Shown here: positions 9,826-19,111 of the stretch, in pieces
Layout of the letters: each line of letters starts with the position of its first letter
Numbering within the stretch: position 1 is the first letter of the stretch
Assembly: GCA_050298595.1 (NCBI GenBank)
Contig: JBNKUM010000014.1
Coordinates: 1 to 64,000 of the forward strand
Direction: 5' to 3'
DNA: 64,000 bases
Source: Gammaproteobacteria bacterium
GTDB taxonomy: Bacteria > Pseudomonadota > Gammaproteobacteria > GCA-001735895
Program-made: the position numbers and the translations under genes
The notes under the pieces: model-generated
The model's database searches: none
The model's input: only the letters and a program-made list of their open reading frames with translations
Told to the model about the DNA's origin: nothing

Positions 9826-11115
9826 CTAAATTTTGAAAATCTCTTCTCTGGTGTAGGGATCACCAGATTGAGGAACACTCGAGTCATTTTTCCATTTAGG
9901 ATTAGCTTCCAGTGCTTTTTTCACAAAGTCATAGTTCACCAGATCCTTTGCGATAAATTTTGGATCTAGTCTGGCGACATAATCAACGTCTCCTGTGAGC
10001 ACTGAATCCTGTAAATACTTGATATTTAACTCGGTGGCTGAGGGGTATGGCCAGGCCTGGAAGTTAATACGATCCTGTCCCCATTCTGTATGCTGAATGG
10101 CATGTGGATTCTTATAGTAAGCGGGGTCATAATTCATCATTGCCCGCTTGACGACTTGCTTGGGGAATGGGTAATATTTTTTTCCATCTCTGGATAGAAC
10201 CTGAGACATCTCTTCTCGATTTTCACTTAAATAAATCTGAGCTTCTATTATTGCGTTATGCACACCTTGCGCCCAGGCTGCGCGATCAGGATCCATAGTA
10301 TCTGCTTCATGCATAACGACCACACAGCAAGGATGTCCTTTCCAGATATCGCCGGTAAATCTAAGAACCTTTCCTCCTGCCTTCAATTCTCCCAGTGCAG
10401 CAAAAGGTTCTGCAACACAATAGGCATCTATAGACTTTGCAGCCAGTGCTGGCGGCATTGAAGGTGGCTCTAATACAATGATGTTGCATTCGTTTGGTGC
10501 AAGCTTTGCGTCCTGTGGCCTTATGACGGGAGTAATTCCTGCAGCTCTCATCATTTTTTGCGAAATGATATTATGGTTCGAATACCAGTAAGGTACTGCG
10601 TATTGTTTCCCACCCAGATCCGCCGCAGTATTTATTCCAGTGTCTTTACCTACCACTATAGCTGAACCATTGGTATGATCCCATGCGGTAATTTTCACCG
10701 GGAAATTTGAGTTGTAACGCATTGCTACCGGAATAGGAGCCAGTAAATGAGTCAAATTAAAACGATGAGATGAAAATGCTTCTACCAGTGGCGACCAGCC
10801 TCGAATCAATGTAGGTGGAGCAGAGTCAATTCCCTGCTTCTTGAAAAAACCTTTTTCATGCGCAGTTAACAGTGCCGCTGCATCTGTGATTGGAATATAA
10901 CCCATACGAACTACAGGGTCCCATTTCTTCTCACTTGCATAACTTGGAAGTGGTAAGGCGCTGCTTAATGCCGCTGCGGCCCCAAATTTTAGAAGGTCTC
11001 GGCGAGTTATGCCTGAGCCTAGTACATCCTTAAATAATGGATCGTAATCCACTACCAGATCTGAATCCTGTATTCCATCACCATGCAACTTGTAAATTTT
11101 TTTCATATCAGTCAT
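9826..11115 (-). CDS. ABC substrate-binding protein (NrtA/CmpA/CynA-like) with Tat signal
   Basis: TRRDLLK twin-arginine motif; VRMGYIPITDA, HTNGSAI, VAEPF, WKGHPCCVV. Confidence 0.88.
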   Translation of the reverse strand: MTDMKKIYKLHGDGIQDSDLVVDYDPLFKDVLGSGITRRDLLKFGAAAALSSALPLPSYASEKKWDPVVRMGYIPITDAAALLTAHEKGFFKKQGIDSAPPTLIRGWSPLVEAFSSHRFNLTHLLAPIPVAMRYNSNFPVKITAWDHTNGSAIVVGKDTGINTAADLGGKQYAVPYWYSNHNIISQKMMRAAGITPVIRPQDAKLAPNECNIIVLEPPSMPPALAAKSIDAYCVAEPFAALGELKAGGKVLRFTGDIWKGHPCCVVVMHEADTMDPDRAAWAQGVHNAIIEAQIYLSENREEMSQVLSRDGKKYYPFPKQVVKRAMMNYDPAYYKNPHAIQHTEWGQDRINFQAWPYPSATELNIKYLQDSVLTGDVDYVARLDPKFIAKDLVNYDFVKKALEANPKWKNDSSVPQSGDPYTREEIFKI

Positions 11116-11226
11116 TTCGTCTTCCTCAATCGTTTACCATTAGGTGAATAGTTGTGACACGCTGCTAACCTTTACTTAACTATTGCTGTACTTATCTGTA
11201 TACTTAATTTTTATTGCTGGTCAGGA

Positions 11227-12000
11227 TTAGTTACTCGAGACCATATTTGAAGCCTCGTGAAAAACATGTAATAGATTTTCACGCATTTCCTGAGCCAGTG
11301 GATCATTGCGATCTCTCGGGTCATCAAGGTCAATCGGTATGTCGTGCAATATCTTGCCTGGCGATCCAGCCATTATTAATGCGCGATCCGCCATGCAAAC
11401 CGCTTCGTCAATATCGTGAGTAACCATCAGGAGGTTGATACCGAGTTTTTTTGCTATTGCACGCACATCACGCTGTAACGCTGTGCGGGTGAAGGCATCT
11501 AATGCTGAAAAAGGTTCATCCAGTAAAAGAAGCTCTGGCTCCATAACCAGCGATCGAGCAAGCGCAACTCGCTGTTGCTGCCCACCTGACAGATCCTGTG
11601 TATTTTTCCGGGCATACTCGTCCAGCTCAACCAGACTTATCGCTTCAGCTACCTTGGCTTCGATTTTATCCTTTGGCCAGTTAGAAAATCGCAGCCCTAA
11701 ACCGACGTTGGATTCGACGGTTAACCAGGGAAAAAGATGAGGAGCCTGAAACATCATAACCCAGCGCGGAGATGGTCCTGCTACCTCTATATCATCCAAT
11801 TTTAAACTACCGCTCGATTTATCGAGCAAGCCGGCAATTATATGAAGAAGGGTTGATTTTCCACAGCCTGATCGCCCAATTATAATTAGAGCCTCGCCCT
11901 GCTCGGCCTCTATGTTCACACCATCGAAGGTCAATGGACTCTTCTCGGTATAGCGATGAGTCAGGTTTTCGACCTTCATTTGAACACCACGGATTGACAT
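11227..12000 (-). CDS. ABC transporter ATP-binding subunit
   Basis: GRSGCGKST, LSGGQQQR, LLLDEPFSALD, VTHDIDEA. Confidence 0.95.
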   Translation of the reverse strand: MSIRGVQMKVENLTHRYTEKSPLTFDGVNIEAEQGEALIIIGRSGCGKSTLLHIIAGLLDKSSGSLKLDDIEVAGPSPRWVMMFQAPHLFPWLTVESNVGLGLRFSNWPKDKIEAKVAEAISLVELDEYARKNTQDLSGGQQQRVALARSLVMEPELLLLDEPFSALDAFTRTALQRDVRAIAKKLGINLLMVTHDIDEAVCMADRALIMAGSPGKILHDIPIDLDDPRDRNDPLAQEMRENLLHVFHEASNMVSSN

Positions 12001-12037
12001 TATTCAACTCCTCTTTTTATAGATTTTTGTTTTGCTA

Positions 12038-12067
12038 AGCGCGTTAGTTTTATATAACTAACGCGCT
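12038..12067. other. Intra-operon 12-bp hairpin
   Basis: AGCGCGTTAGTT-TTATAT-AACTAACGCGCT; no U-tract follows on the minus (sense) strand. Confidence 0.6.
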
Positions 12068-12110
12068 GTAGACTGCTTTCTTTTTACTCCGTTAAATCCT
12101 TTTAAGTCGT

Positions 12111-12581
12111 TTAATCGTCTAATCCGTCAGCCATGTGTAAACGTTCATCCACCCGCTTCATATGCCGTTCGAGTTCCTCCTCACTAATCATGCCGCGGCG
12201 GATCAATGTATGTGCCAGTGCCAGCAACTGCCGTTCAGGAAATGGCACATCGGCATAATGCTGATCAACCAGTTTGTCCTCTTCCCAGCGGCGTTCATTG
12301 GAATCAATCTTCTTGTCGTCAGCCATTACCGGCTTTCGTTCTTCTTCCGGTAAACAGATGTTAAAAGGTGCCCAGTATCCACCGGCAAGCCCGTCGCAGG
12401 TCGCTTCCATGCTGACTCTCCATGGTGGGTCCGGGTTATCCACGCCATACTCTTCACTTAACTCATCCCATACTCTGCCCTCTTGCTTGATTTTTTCCAG
12501 CAAAGAGATTGGGGATGAATCCCATTCTCTTGCTGACATCTGCCGGTCGAGCTCAATATAATCTGGATTAATTTCAGCCAT
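12111..12581 (-). CDS. Thiocyanate hydrolase activator/metallochaperone (P15K-like, NHase-beta-like)
   Basis: Directly downstream of scnC; ERRWEED...YADVPFPERQLLALAHTLIRRGMISEEEL parallels the ScnB segment ERRRRQN...YLGLPYYGRWLL. Confidence 0.75.
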   Translation of the reverse strand: MAEINPDYIELDRQMSAREWDSSPISLLEKIKQEGRVWDELSEEYGVDNPDPPWRVSMEATCDGLAGGYWAPFNICLPEEERKPVMADDKKIDSNERRWEEDKLVDQHYADVPFPERQLLALAHTLIRRGMISEEELERHMKRVDERLHMADGLDD

Positions 12582-12591
12582 GATGATTTTC

Positions 12592-13299
12592 CTAGTGCTT
12601 ATATGGATTAACTGCAGGACGAACAGGACGTTTGCCGTTTGCAGTCACCCCTGGCTTGGGAACAGCCACTCCTATCAGACAATCACGAGTCACAATTTCA
12701 GCCAGCTGATCTTCGGTCCAGCCCTCAGTACCTTCCGGTCTAACTGGCAAAACGATCATGCGTGATTTCTGATTCGAATCGACCACACGAATCTCAACAT
12801 CTTCAGGTAACTGTAATCCGAACTCTGCAAGGACCTGTCTGGGCCAACGCACAATACGACGACGATAATTCGGCGTGCGATACCATTCTGGGGATTGTCC
12901 GAGAATAGGTCTTGGATAGCAGGAACATAAGGTACACACAACCACGTGTTTTAATGTGGGCGTGTCTTCCATTACGCGTAAATTACAGTAATCGCTTGGG
13001 GTACCAAATTTTGTTGGCATGGAATTTACCCAGTCAATTCCAACATCAAGACTGGCTTTTACACCGTCTTCAACGCACATTTTTTTGTATTCGGGATCTA
13101 GCCAGGCTTTGGCGACCAGTCGTGCTGCAGGAGCTGGACCCAGAGTATGCATATAATCAGTCCATTGATTGTGATCTTCCTGGGTAAATAGACCTTTTTC
13201 GATAGCAAGTTCACGTACTGCAATTTCCAGTACTTCAAACTCACTGACTTCATCCACCATCGCTGCGGGGGGATGCAAATGTTCTTCTTCATGTGACAT
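12592..13299 (-). CDS. scnC: Thiocyanate hydrolase gamma subunit (Co-binding)
   Basis: VCTLCSCYPRPILGQSPEWYR cobalt-type motif and RWPRQVLAEFGLQLP, as recalled for Thiobacillus SCNase gamma; start at MSHEEE after GAGGA. Confidence 0.93.
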   Translation of the reverse strand: MSHEEEHLHPPAAMVDEVSEFEVLEIAVRELAIEKGLFTQEDHNQWTDYMHTLGPAPAARLVAKAWLDPEYKKMCVEDGVKASLDVGIDWVNSMPTKFGTPSDYCNLRVMEDTPTLKHVVVCTLCSCYPRPILGQSPEWYRTPNYRRRIVRWPRQVLAEFGLQLPEDVEIRVVDSNQKSRMIVLPVRPEGTEGWTEDQLAEIVTRDCLIGVAVPKPGVTANGKRPVRPAVNPYKH

Positions 13300-13353
13300 G
13301 CTTGTGTTCCTCTTATAACTGATTGGTATGCAGATATTCACCCCATTAAGGGG

Positions 13354-13722
13354 TCAGACCGCCTCTAAATAATGTTCTGGAATCTCGGTTTCTACCGTGT
13401 CTTTGGCAAATGTGCCAGAATAGTCAGGCCAGAGATCTGTCATTGAAACCACCAGACTATAAAACCACTCGACATTTTCCGTGTTATCCCATGATTCATC
13501 TTCAGCAGGAGGGCTTTCGTAGACCAATCGGGTTATGGTTGCCGTTGAACCTCTTAAATAGCCTTGAGTTCGGGTGTAAAACAGATCGGGCAGATCTCTG
13601 ATTCGAACCTTGTCCCCAACCTTGAACCTGGCGGGAGGCGCCTCACCTCTAAAGCATTGCGGATCACCAATACCAGTCGCTTTCTTGACATGATGCTCTC
13701 TATCATAATGTGGCTTACTCAT
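13354..13722 (-). CDS. scnA: Thiocyanate hydrolase alpha subunit
   Basis: 122 aa; GIGDPQCFRG, RFKVGDKVRIRDLPDLFYTRTQGYLRG, ETEIPEHYLE (SH3-like C-terminal half of NHase beta). Confidence 0.9.
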   Translation of the reverse strand: MSKPHYDREHHVKKATGIGDPQCFRGEAPPARFKVGDKVRIRDLPDLFYTRTQGYLRGSTATITRLVYESPPAEDESWDNTENVEWFYSLVVSMTDLWPDYSGTFAKDTVETEIPEHYLEAV

Positions 13723-14146
13723 AACGTTTTCTCACCTCTGCAACTTTTTCCTGTAATTCAGTAGCGGTGACATATTGCTTATCCACCAGAATCTTTGCTG
13801 CTGTCAGTAGCCAGCGACCGTAATATGGTAATCCGAGGTATGTCGTATGCCCTACCTCAACATTTTGCCGACGACGCCTTTCTTCGGCGTTCCACACGCC
13901 TCGCCAGGCGAGTACTTCGCAGGTTACAAAGGTATTGTGCTCCCAAACTTCTTCTTCTTTTTCTTCCCAGGTAATCGGGATATCAGGCTCTCCCCCGACA
14001 TCATGCGGTGATCGCGTATAAGCTCGGAAATGGGCGTTATCAATCTCATCGGGAGCGGGTGCATGTGTGGCTCTATGCAAAGCCGGTTGCATTTGTCCGA
14101 GAATATTGATATGTCGTAGTACTTTATCTCTTGTTGACACTGACAT
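13715..14146 (-). CDS. scnB: Thiocyanate hydrolase beta subunit
   Basis: PHDVGGEPD, WEHNTFVTCEVLAWRGVWNAEERRRRQN, YLGLPYYGRW (N-terminal half of NHase beta); order scnB-scnA-scnC. Confidence 0.9.
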   Translation of the reverse strand: MSVSTRDKVLRHINILGQMQPALHRATHAPAPDEIDNAHFRAYTRSPHDVGGEPDIPITWEEKEEEVWEHNTFVTCEVLAWRGVWNAEERRRRQNVEVGHTTYLGLPYYGRWLLTAAKILVDKQYVTATELQEKVAEVRKRYE

Positions 14147-14288
14147 AATTTGGACTCCTAACTTTTTTTAATATTGATTGCTATGGAACAATCGTCTTAA
14201 GACGGGCTAGAGATCATACTTTTAATAAGAAATACTTATAAGCTCATCAGCTAACCTGCGAACAAGTCTAATTTTAGGGGGGTGATTC

Positions 14289-14332
14289 AATCCAATACTT
14301 TGTTATTATCATGCCTATAGGCATTACCTATA
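14289..14332 (-). promoter_or_regulatory. LysR(CynR)-type operator copy 1, upstream of scnB
   Basis: Minus strand TATAGGTAATGCCTATAGGCATGATAATAACAAAGTATTGGATT; palindromic T-N11-A core; aligns ungapped with copies 2 and 3. Confidence 0.8.
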
Positions 14333-14543
14333 GTTGAAACAAAAACTAAAAAATTTTTGAATATCTTGTTACATTTCTGCGTCATACTAGTCAGTTAAAA
14401 CAATTTGACTCGCTTTGTTTGACTCAGAACAGAGAGAATGTGAAGGTTAGAATTTAATCGATCAAACAATCGCTTAAGTTGTATAGCTTTACACAGCCCA
14501 GGGATCTTTTTAAGCAGTAAGATAACAACCGAGGCACTACATC

Positions 14544-15566
14544 ATGAATCCGAAGCATATATTTCCACGTCCTTTACAATATTTAATTGCTGTCGCAGAA
14601 CACGGTAGTTTTACCCGAGCAGCAGAGGCTCTGTATGTCTCGCAACCCACACTTTCACAACAGATAAAACAACTGGAAGACTCACTAACCTTGCCATTGC
14701 TGGATCGGTCTGGCAAAACTGTAAGGCTCACAGATGCCGGTGAAACTTATGTCTACCATGCGCGACGTGCATGGTCAGAACTGGAAGCTGGCACCCGAGC
14801 AGTGCAGGATGTGCAAAACCTGAGTCGTGGAAGCCTGCGTATTGGTTGGACTCCTATTACCGACTTTCTGACCTGCTCTCTACTGGATCAATTCATTCGT
14901 AAATACCCCGGAATTTCTCTGACCACACTGGAAATGCCAGCTGATGAAATTGAAATGGCAGTAAGTGACGACCTGATTGATTTTGGTATCGTATTCAGTA
15001 AACCCATCTCGATCGATCAATCCAAACCTTACAATATCAAATCCTGTGTACTGTTCGAGGAAAAGCTGTGTTTAGCCATTGGAAACTCTCATGCACGAGC
15101 CGGACAGAAAGAAAGGATAAGCGCCAAACAACTGGACAGAGAAAACATGATCATGCTGAATACAGATTTTGTGCTAAGACGCAAGGTAGATTCATACTGT
15201 ACTGACAATAACATTTCTCCCAATATTGCGATGGAAACCGACTCTCTGAGCGTTATCATTGAAATGGTTCAATCCGGGGCACTCTCAACTATCCTGCCGG
15301 AAAGTATCGTTTACTCACAGTGTGGACTGTATTCGTTAATTGCAGCCCCACGCTTACCCGTTCAGGTAATTACCATAATTTGCAGAAACAAGGGATACAA
15401 GAGTCCAGCCTGTATTGCTTTTTCTGAACTGGCTATGGCCTGGTCTGAAAACCGCCTTAAACAAACCCCTCGAAAAAAACAAAGACCCTGCCCGCTCAGC
15501 GAGCCTGGAGATTCTCAGAGCAAACTCTATGAAAACCAGCCTAAGAGCCTTGAATTTAACGTTTAG
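14544..15566 (+). CDS. cynR: CynR-like LysR regulator 1
   Basis: LQYLIAVAEHGSFTRAAEALYVSQPTLSQQIKQLE...LDRSGKTVRLTDAG...LSRGSLRIG, closely resembling E. coli CynR. Confidence 0.85.
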   Translation: MNPKHIFPRPLQYLIAVAEHGSFTRAAEALYVSQPTLSQQIKQLEDSLTLPLLDRSGKTVRLTDAGETYVYHARRAWSELEAGTRAVQDVQNLSRGSLRIGWTPITDFLTCSLLDQFIRKYPGISLTTLEMPADEIEMAVSDDLIDFGIVFSKPISIDQSKPYNIKSCVLFEEKLCLAIGNSHARAGQKERISAKQLDRENMIMLNTDFVLRRKVDSYCTDNNISPNIAMETDSLSVIIEMVQSGALSTILPESIVYSQCGLYSLIAAPRLPVQVITIICRNKGYKSPACIAFSELAMAWSENRLKQTPRKKQRPCPLSEPGDSQSKLYENQPKSLEFNV

Positions 15567-15630
15567 CTCAGGAATATGCTGATTCCCTTATAGTTTTAAA
15601 GAATACAATCCTTTTGAATCGCAATTTAAC

Positions 15631-15674
15631 TATAACCTGTACTTATAGAGTTGATAACAACCATATATTGGTAA
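15631..15674 (+). promoter_or_regulatory. LysR(CynR)-type operator copy 2, upstream of the second cynR
   Basis: TATAACCTGTACTTATAGAGTTGATAACAACCATATATTGGTAA. Confidence 0.7.
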
Positions 15675-15775
15675 ATTAATCTATCCTCACATATTTTAAA
15701 CTTGCTCAATGGATAGGTCAGTGAAACGAACTGAGTGTCTGTTTAAAAATATCAATAAATTCCGGATGAGAGTAG

Positions 15776-16744
15776 ATGATTTCACGCGATATTTTTCCGC
15801 GAACATTGCAATACCTTATAGCTATTGCTGAGTATGGTAATTTCACACGTGCTGCTGAAGCACTTTGCGTCTCGCAGCCCACGCTTTCACAACAGATTAA
15901 ACAGTTAGAAGAAACGCTAAATCTCCCATTGCTTGATAGATCATCAAAACAGGTACATCTGACGGATGCAGGAAAGATATACCTTTACCATGCCAGGCGT
16001 GCATGTTCTGAGCTAGAAGCTGGTACCAGGGCAATTCAGGATGTTGAAAATCTATCTCGTGGTTCTTTACGCATTGGCTGGACTCCGATTACTGATTACA
16101 TGACCTGTACTCTGATAGAAAGGTTCCACATTGAGTATCCCGGGATAAAACTAACCACTCTTGAAATGCCAGCAGATCAGATCGCTGTAGCTATCGCTGA
16201 AGATCGTATTGATTTTGGTATTGCTTTCAATAAACCGTTATTGAAAAACTCATCCCGGTTACATGAGATACAAACTCGCACATTGTTTAGAGAAACTCTT
16301 TGCGTGGCATTGGGAAATGAGCACATCCGCGCAGGTCAACTGGAAAGAATAAGCGTTCAGGAGTTAGGTAGAGAGAATCTTATCCTGCTTAATAAAGACT
16401 TTGCGCTGCGTCGGACTATTGACCAGTATTTCAATGATAATGGCATTGTGCCCCAGATAGCAATGCAAACCGATTCTCTAAGTGTCATCATTGAGATGGT
16501 TCAACTAGGACCTCTTGTCACTATACTGCCTGAAAGTATCATCCGTACTCAATGTGGAATACATCAAATAAGGTTGATACCTGGCCTACCACTACAGGAA
16601 ATCACGGTCATTAATCGTACTACAGGATATAAAAACCCGGCCAGCACAGCTTTTGAAATACAGGCCCAGCTTTGGTCAGAATCTCGCCTTAATAACACTC
16701 CAAACAAATACCAAAGGCCCTGCCCTTATCATGAGCCGTTCTAA
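15776..16744 (+). CDS. cynR: CynR-like LysR regulator 2 (paralog)
   Basis: Colinear with regulator 1 (IFPRTLQYLIAIAE...SRGSLRIGWTPITD...QRPCP). Confidence 0.85.
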   Translation: MISRDIFPRTLQYLIAIAEYGNFTRAAEALCVSQPTLSQQIKQLEETLNLPLLDRSSKQVHLTDAGKIYLYHARRACSELEAGTRAIQDVENLSRGSLRIGWTPITDYMTCTLIERFHIEYPGIKLTTLEMPADQIAVAIAEDRIDFGIAFNKPLLKNSSRLHEIQTRTLFRETLCVALGNEHIRAGQLERISVQELGRENLILLNKDFALRRTIDQYFNDNGIVPQIAMQTDSLSVIIEMVQLGPLVTILPESIIRTQCGIHQIRLIPGLPLQEITVINRTTGYKNPASTAFEIQAQLWSESRLNNTPNKYQRPCPYHEPF

Positions 16745-16820
16745 AACATCATTCGATACGAGGATTAACAACGGCCCGTAATGACCTGCACTGGATAAAA
16801 AGCTATAACAAAGCACTCAT

Positions 16821-16864
16821 TATAGGCACTGCCTATAGGGTTGATAATCACAAAATATTGGAAT
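16821..16864 (+). promoter_or_regulatory. LysR(CynR)-type operator copy 3, upstream of glcF-like/cynS
   Basis: TATAGGCACTGCCTATAGGGTTGATAATCACAAAATATTGGAAT. Confidence 0.8.
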
Positions 16865-16965
16865 ATTGCTTATGCCACTCATACAGTGCCTGATAATTCA
16901 ATAGCATTCCGTAGCCAGTTTTTTAAACCGAGAATAAAAGCTGAGAGGTTAGATGATAAAGGTCC

Positions 16966-18270
16966 ATGCATACCGAATTTAGCGTCGAACAACTAACTAA
17001 TCCAGGTATAGCCAGATCCAATGAGATTTTGGTCAGATGCCTGCAATGCGGATATTGTCTCGACAACTGTCCAACTTATCAGGAAACCGGTCACGAATAT
17101 GATACCCCGAGAGGTCGCGTATTTCTGATTAAGGAAATGCTGGAAAGTCGAAATGCACCAACTACTGAAACGGTACATTATCTAGATCGTTGCCTTAACT
17201 GTCTAAGCTGTTTATCCAGCTGTCCCTCATTTGTGAACTATATGCATTTGATGGATTACGCACGTGATCATATCGAACAGAAATTTAAGCGTCCTCTAGG
17301 TGACCGTCTGATACGCTGGACCCTTGCTAAAATACTACCGTACCCAGAGCGCCTTAAAATTGTCGCACGCTCTGCAAAGCTGGCTAAACCCATAGCGAAT
17401 ACATTACCCAAAGCAATATCTCGGCTGATTAACTCGGTACCTGAAAAAATTTTTCCTGCAAATGAAAACGATCGACCACAGATTTTCCCGGCGCTAGGCC
17501 AACGAAAATTTCGTGTTGCACTATTAACAGGATGTGTTCAAAAAAGTCTAAATGCCAATATTAATAACGCAACGATCAGAATATTACGCAGACATGGTTG
17601 CGAAGTTGTCATTACTGAAGGTATGGGGTGTTGTGGAGCATTAACCTATCATATGGGTAAGGTGCAGGACGCACGATCCTTGGCGATAAAAAACATTAAG
17701 GCCTGGATGTCTGAAATCAATCATCATGGACTGGATGCAATCATCATTAACACCAGTGGCTGCGGCACAGTTGTTAAAGATTACGTCAACATGTTTCAGG
17801 ATCATTCTTTAGCCGAACAGGCAAAGACAATTTCAGCCATAGCTAAAGATGTCAGTGAGTGGCTACAGGAACTAAAGCTGGAATATAAAATCAATCCAGC
17901 AATGCGTGTCGCTTATCACGCATCCTGTTCGTTACAGTTTGCTCAAAGAATACGCTACCTGCCTAAAAAGCTTCTAAAAGCAGCAGGCTTTACAGTACTC
18001 GAACCAAAGGGGCAACATACCTGTTGCGGATCAGCAGGCACTTATCATCTGCTGCAACAGGAATTATCAGAAAATTTGAAAAATAAAAAAGTTCTGTCTA
18101 TTGAAAAACTCGAACCCGATGTCATCGCAGCAGGCAACATAGGCTGTATGAAACAAATCGGCTCAGCTACCAATATACCCGTAGTTCATTCAGTGGAGTT
18201 ACTTGACTGGGCTACGGGCGGTCCTAAACCTGAAGTGATTACTGATTCACCGAACTTCTGCCCCGTATAA
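16966..18270 (+). CDS. glcF: GlcF-like Fe-S protein (2x4Fe-4S plus two CCG domains)
   Basis: CLQCGYCLDNCPTY, DTPRGRVFLIK, CLNCLSCLSSCP, GCCGAL, TCCGSAGTY, GNIGCMKQI. Confidence 0.85.
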   Translation: MHTEFSVEQLTNPGIARSNEILVRCLQCGYCLDNCPTYQETGHEYDTPRGRVFLIKEMLESRNAPTTETVHYLDRCLNCLSCLSSCPSFVNYMHLMDYARDHIEQKFKRPLGDRLIRWTLAKILPYPERLKIVARSAKLAKPIANTLPKAISRLINSVPEKIFPANENDRPQIFPALGQRKFRVALLTGCVQKSLNANINNATIRILRRHGCEVVITEGMGCCGALTYHMGKVQDARSLAIKNIKAWMSEINHHGLDAIIINTSGCGTVVKDYVNMFQDHSLAEQAKTISAIAKDVSEWLQELKLEYKINPAMRVAYHASCSLQFAQRIRYLPKKLLKAAGFTVLEPKGQHTCCGSAGTYHLLQQELSENLKNKKVLSIEKLEPDVIAAGNIGCMKQIGSATNIPVVHSVELLDWATGGPKPEVITDSPNFCPV

Positions 18271-18328
18271 ATTTTTGAGTAGCTATAACAGAATTCTACA
18301 TATACCTAACCTTGACAGGAGACAAAAA

Positions 18329-18769
18329 ATGAATAAAGAACAAATGACCGATAGCATATTTGCTGCAAAAAAAGCCAAAGGATTAACCTGGGAATCTATT
18401 GGTAATAGCCTGGGACTGGGCGCAACCTGGGTAACCTCGGCCTGCTTTGGTATGAATAGCATGCCTGCTGAAAGCGCAGATGCTCTTTGTGAACTTCTGG
18501 GTCTGGATGCTGAAGTTAGTGAAGCTTTGCAGGCTTTCCCTCATAAGGCATGGGATAAAACTATTCCACAGGATCCCGTTATTTATCGTCTGTATGAGAT
18601 TGTTGGTGTATATGGAGATACTATTAAAGAAACTATTGCTGAAAAATTTGGTGATGGAATTATGAGTGCCATAGATTTCTCAATGCATATCGACAAAGAA
18701 GAGAACCCTAAAGGAGACAGAGTTGTGATCACCATGAATGGAAAATTCCTCAAGTACACCAGCTGGTAA
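18329..18769 (+). CDS. cynS: Cyanase (cyanate hydratase)
   Basis: PQDPVIYRLYE, EKFGDGIMSAIDF, GDRVVITMNGKFLKY; start at MNKEQ after AGGAG. Confidence 0.95.
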   Translation: MNKEQMTDSIFAAKKAKGLTWESIGNSLGLGATWVTSACFGMNSMPAESADALCELLGLDAEVSEALQAFPHKAWDKTIPQDPVIYRLYEIVGVYGDTIKETIAEKFGDGIMSAIDFSMHIDKEENPKGDRVVITMNGKFLKYTSW

Positions 18770-19111
18770 TTATATAACGAACAAGACCCATGTCTGTTAA
18801 CCGGCAACCCCTGTTTGATTTTTTTACAAAGGTCGCAAACAGTGACAGATTGCAGCTTCGACTCCTGTCACAGGATTCGAAGTTTCTGCTTAATTCCTGT
18901 TACTGGCATTTTAAGCTGCCAGACTCAAACAGTCATCTGGGTAAACAGCATAGAACTTTCAAGACCATGAACTGTATTAAATTCAGAAAAATCGTCTATA
19001 GCAGCCCCATACAACAGGCTATAAATTTTTTTGGGGCCAGAGTTTACATTAGTGATAATCAGCAGAATATTGATAAATCAACCTATGCCTTAGTCTGGCA
19101 GGAGAATTCAG

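Noticed and set aside
12592-14146. Nitrile hydratase annotation
   Set aside because: The beta-like part is split into two genes in scnB-scnA-scnC order and the sequences match thiocyanate hydrolase motifs
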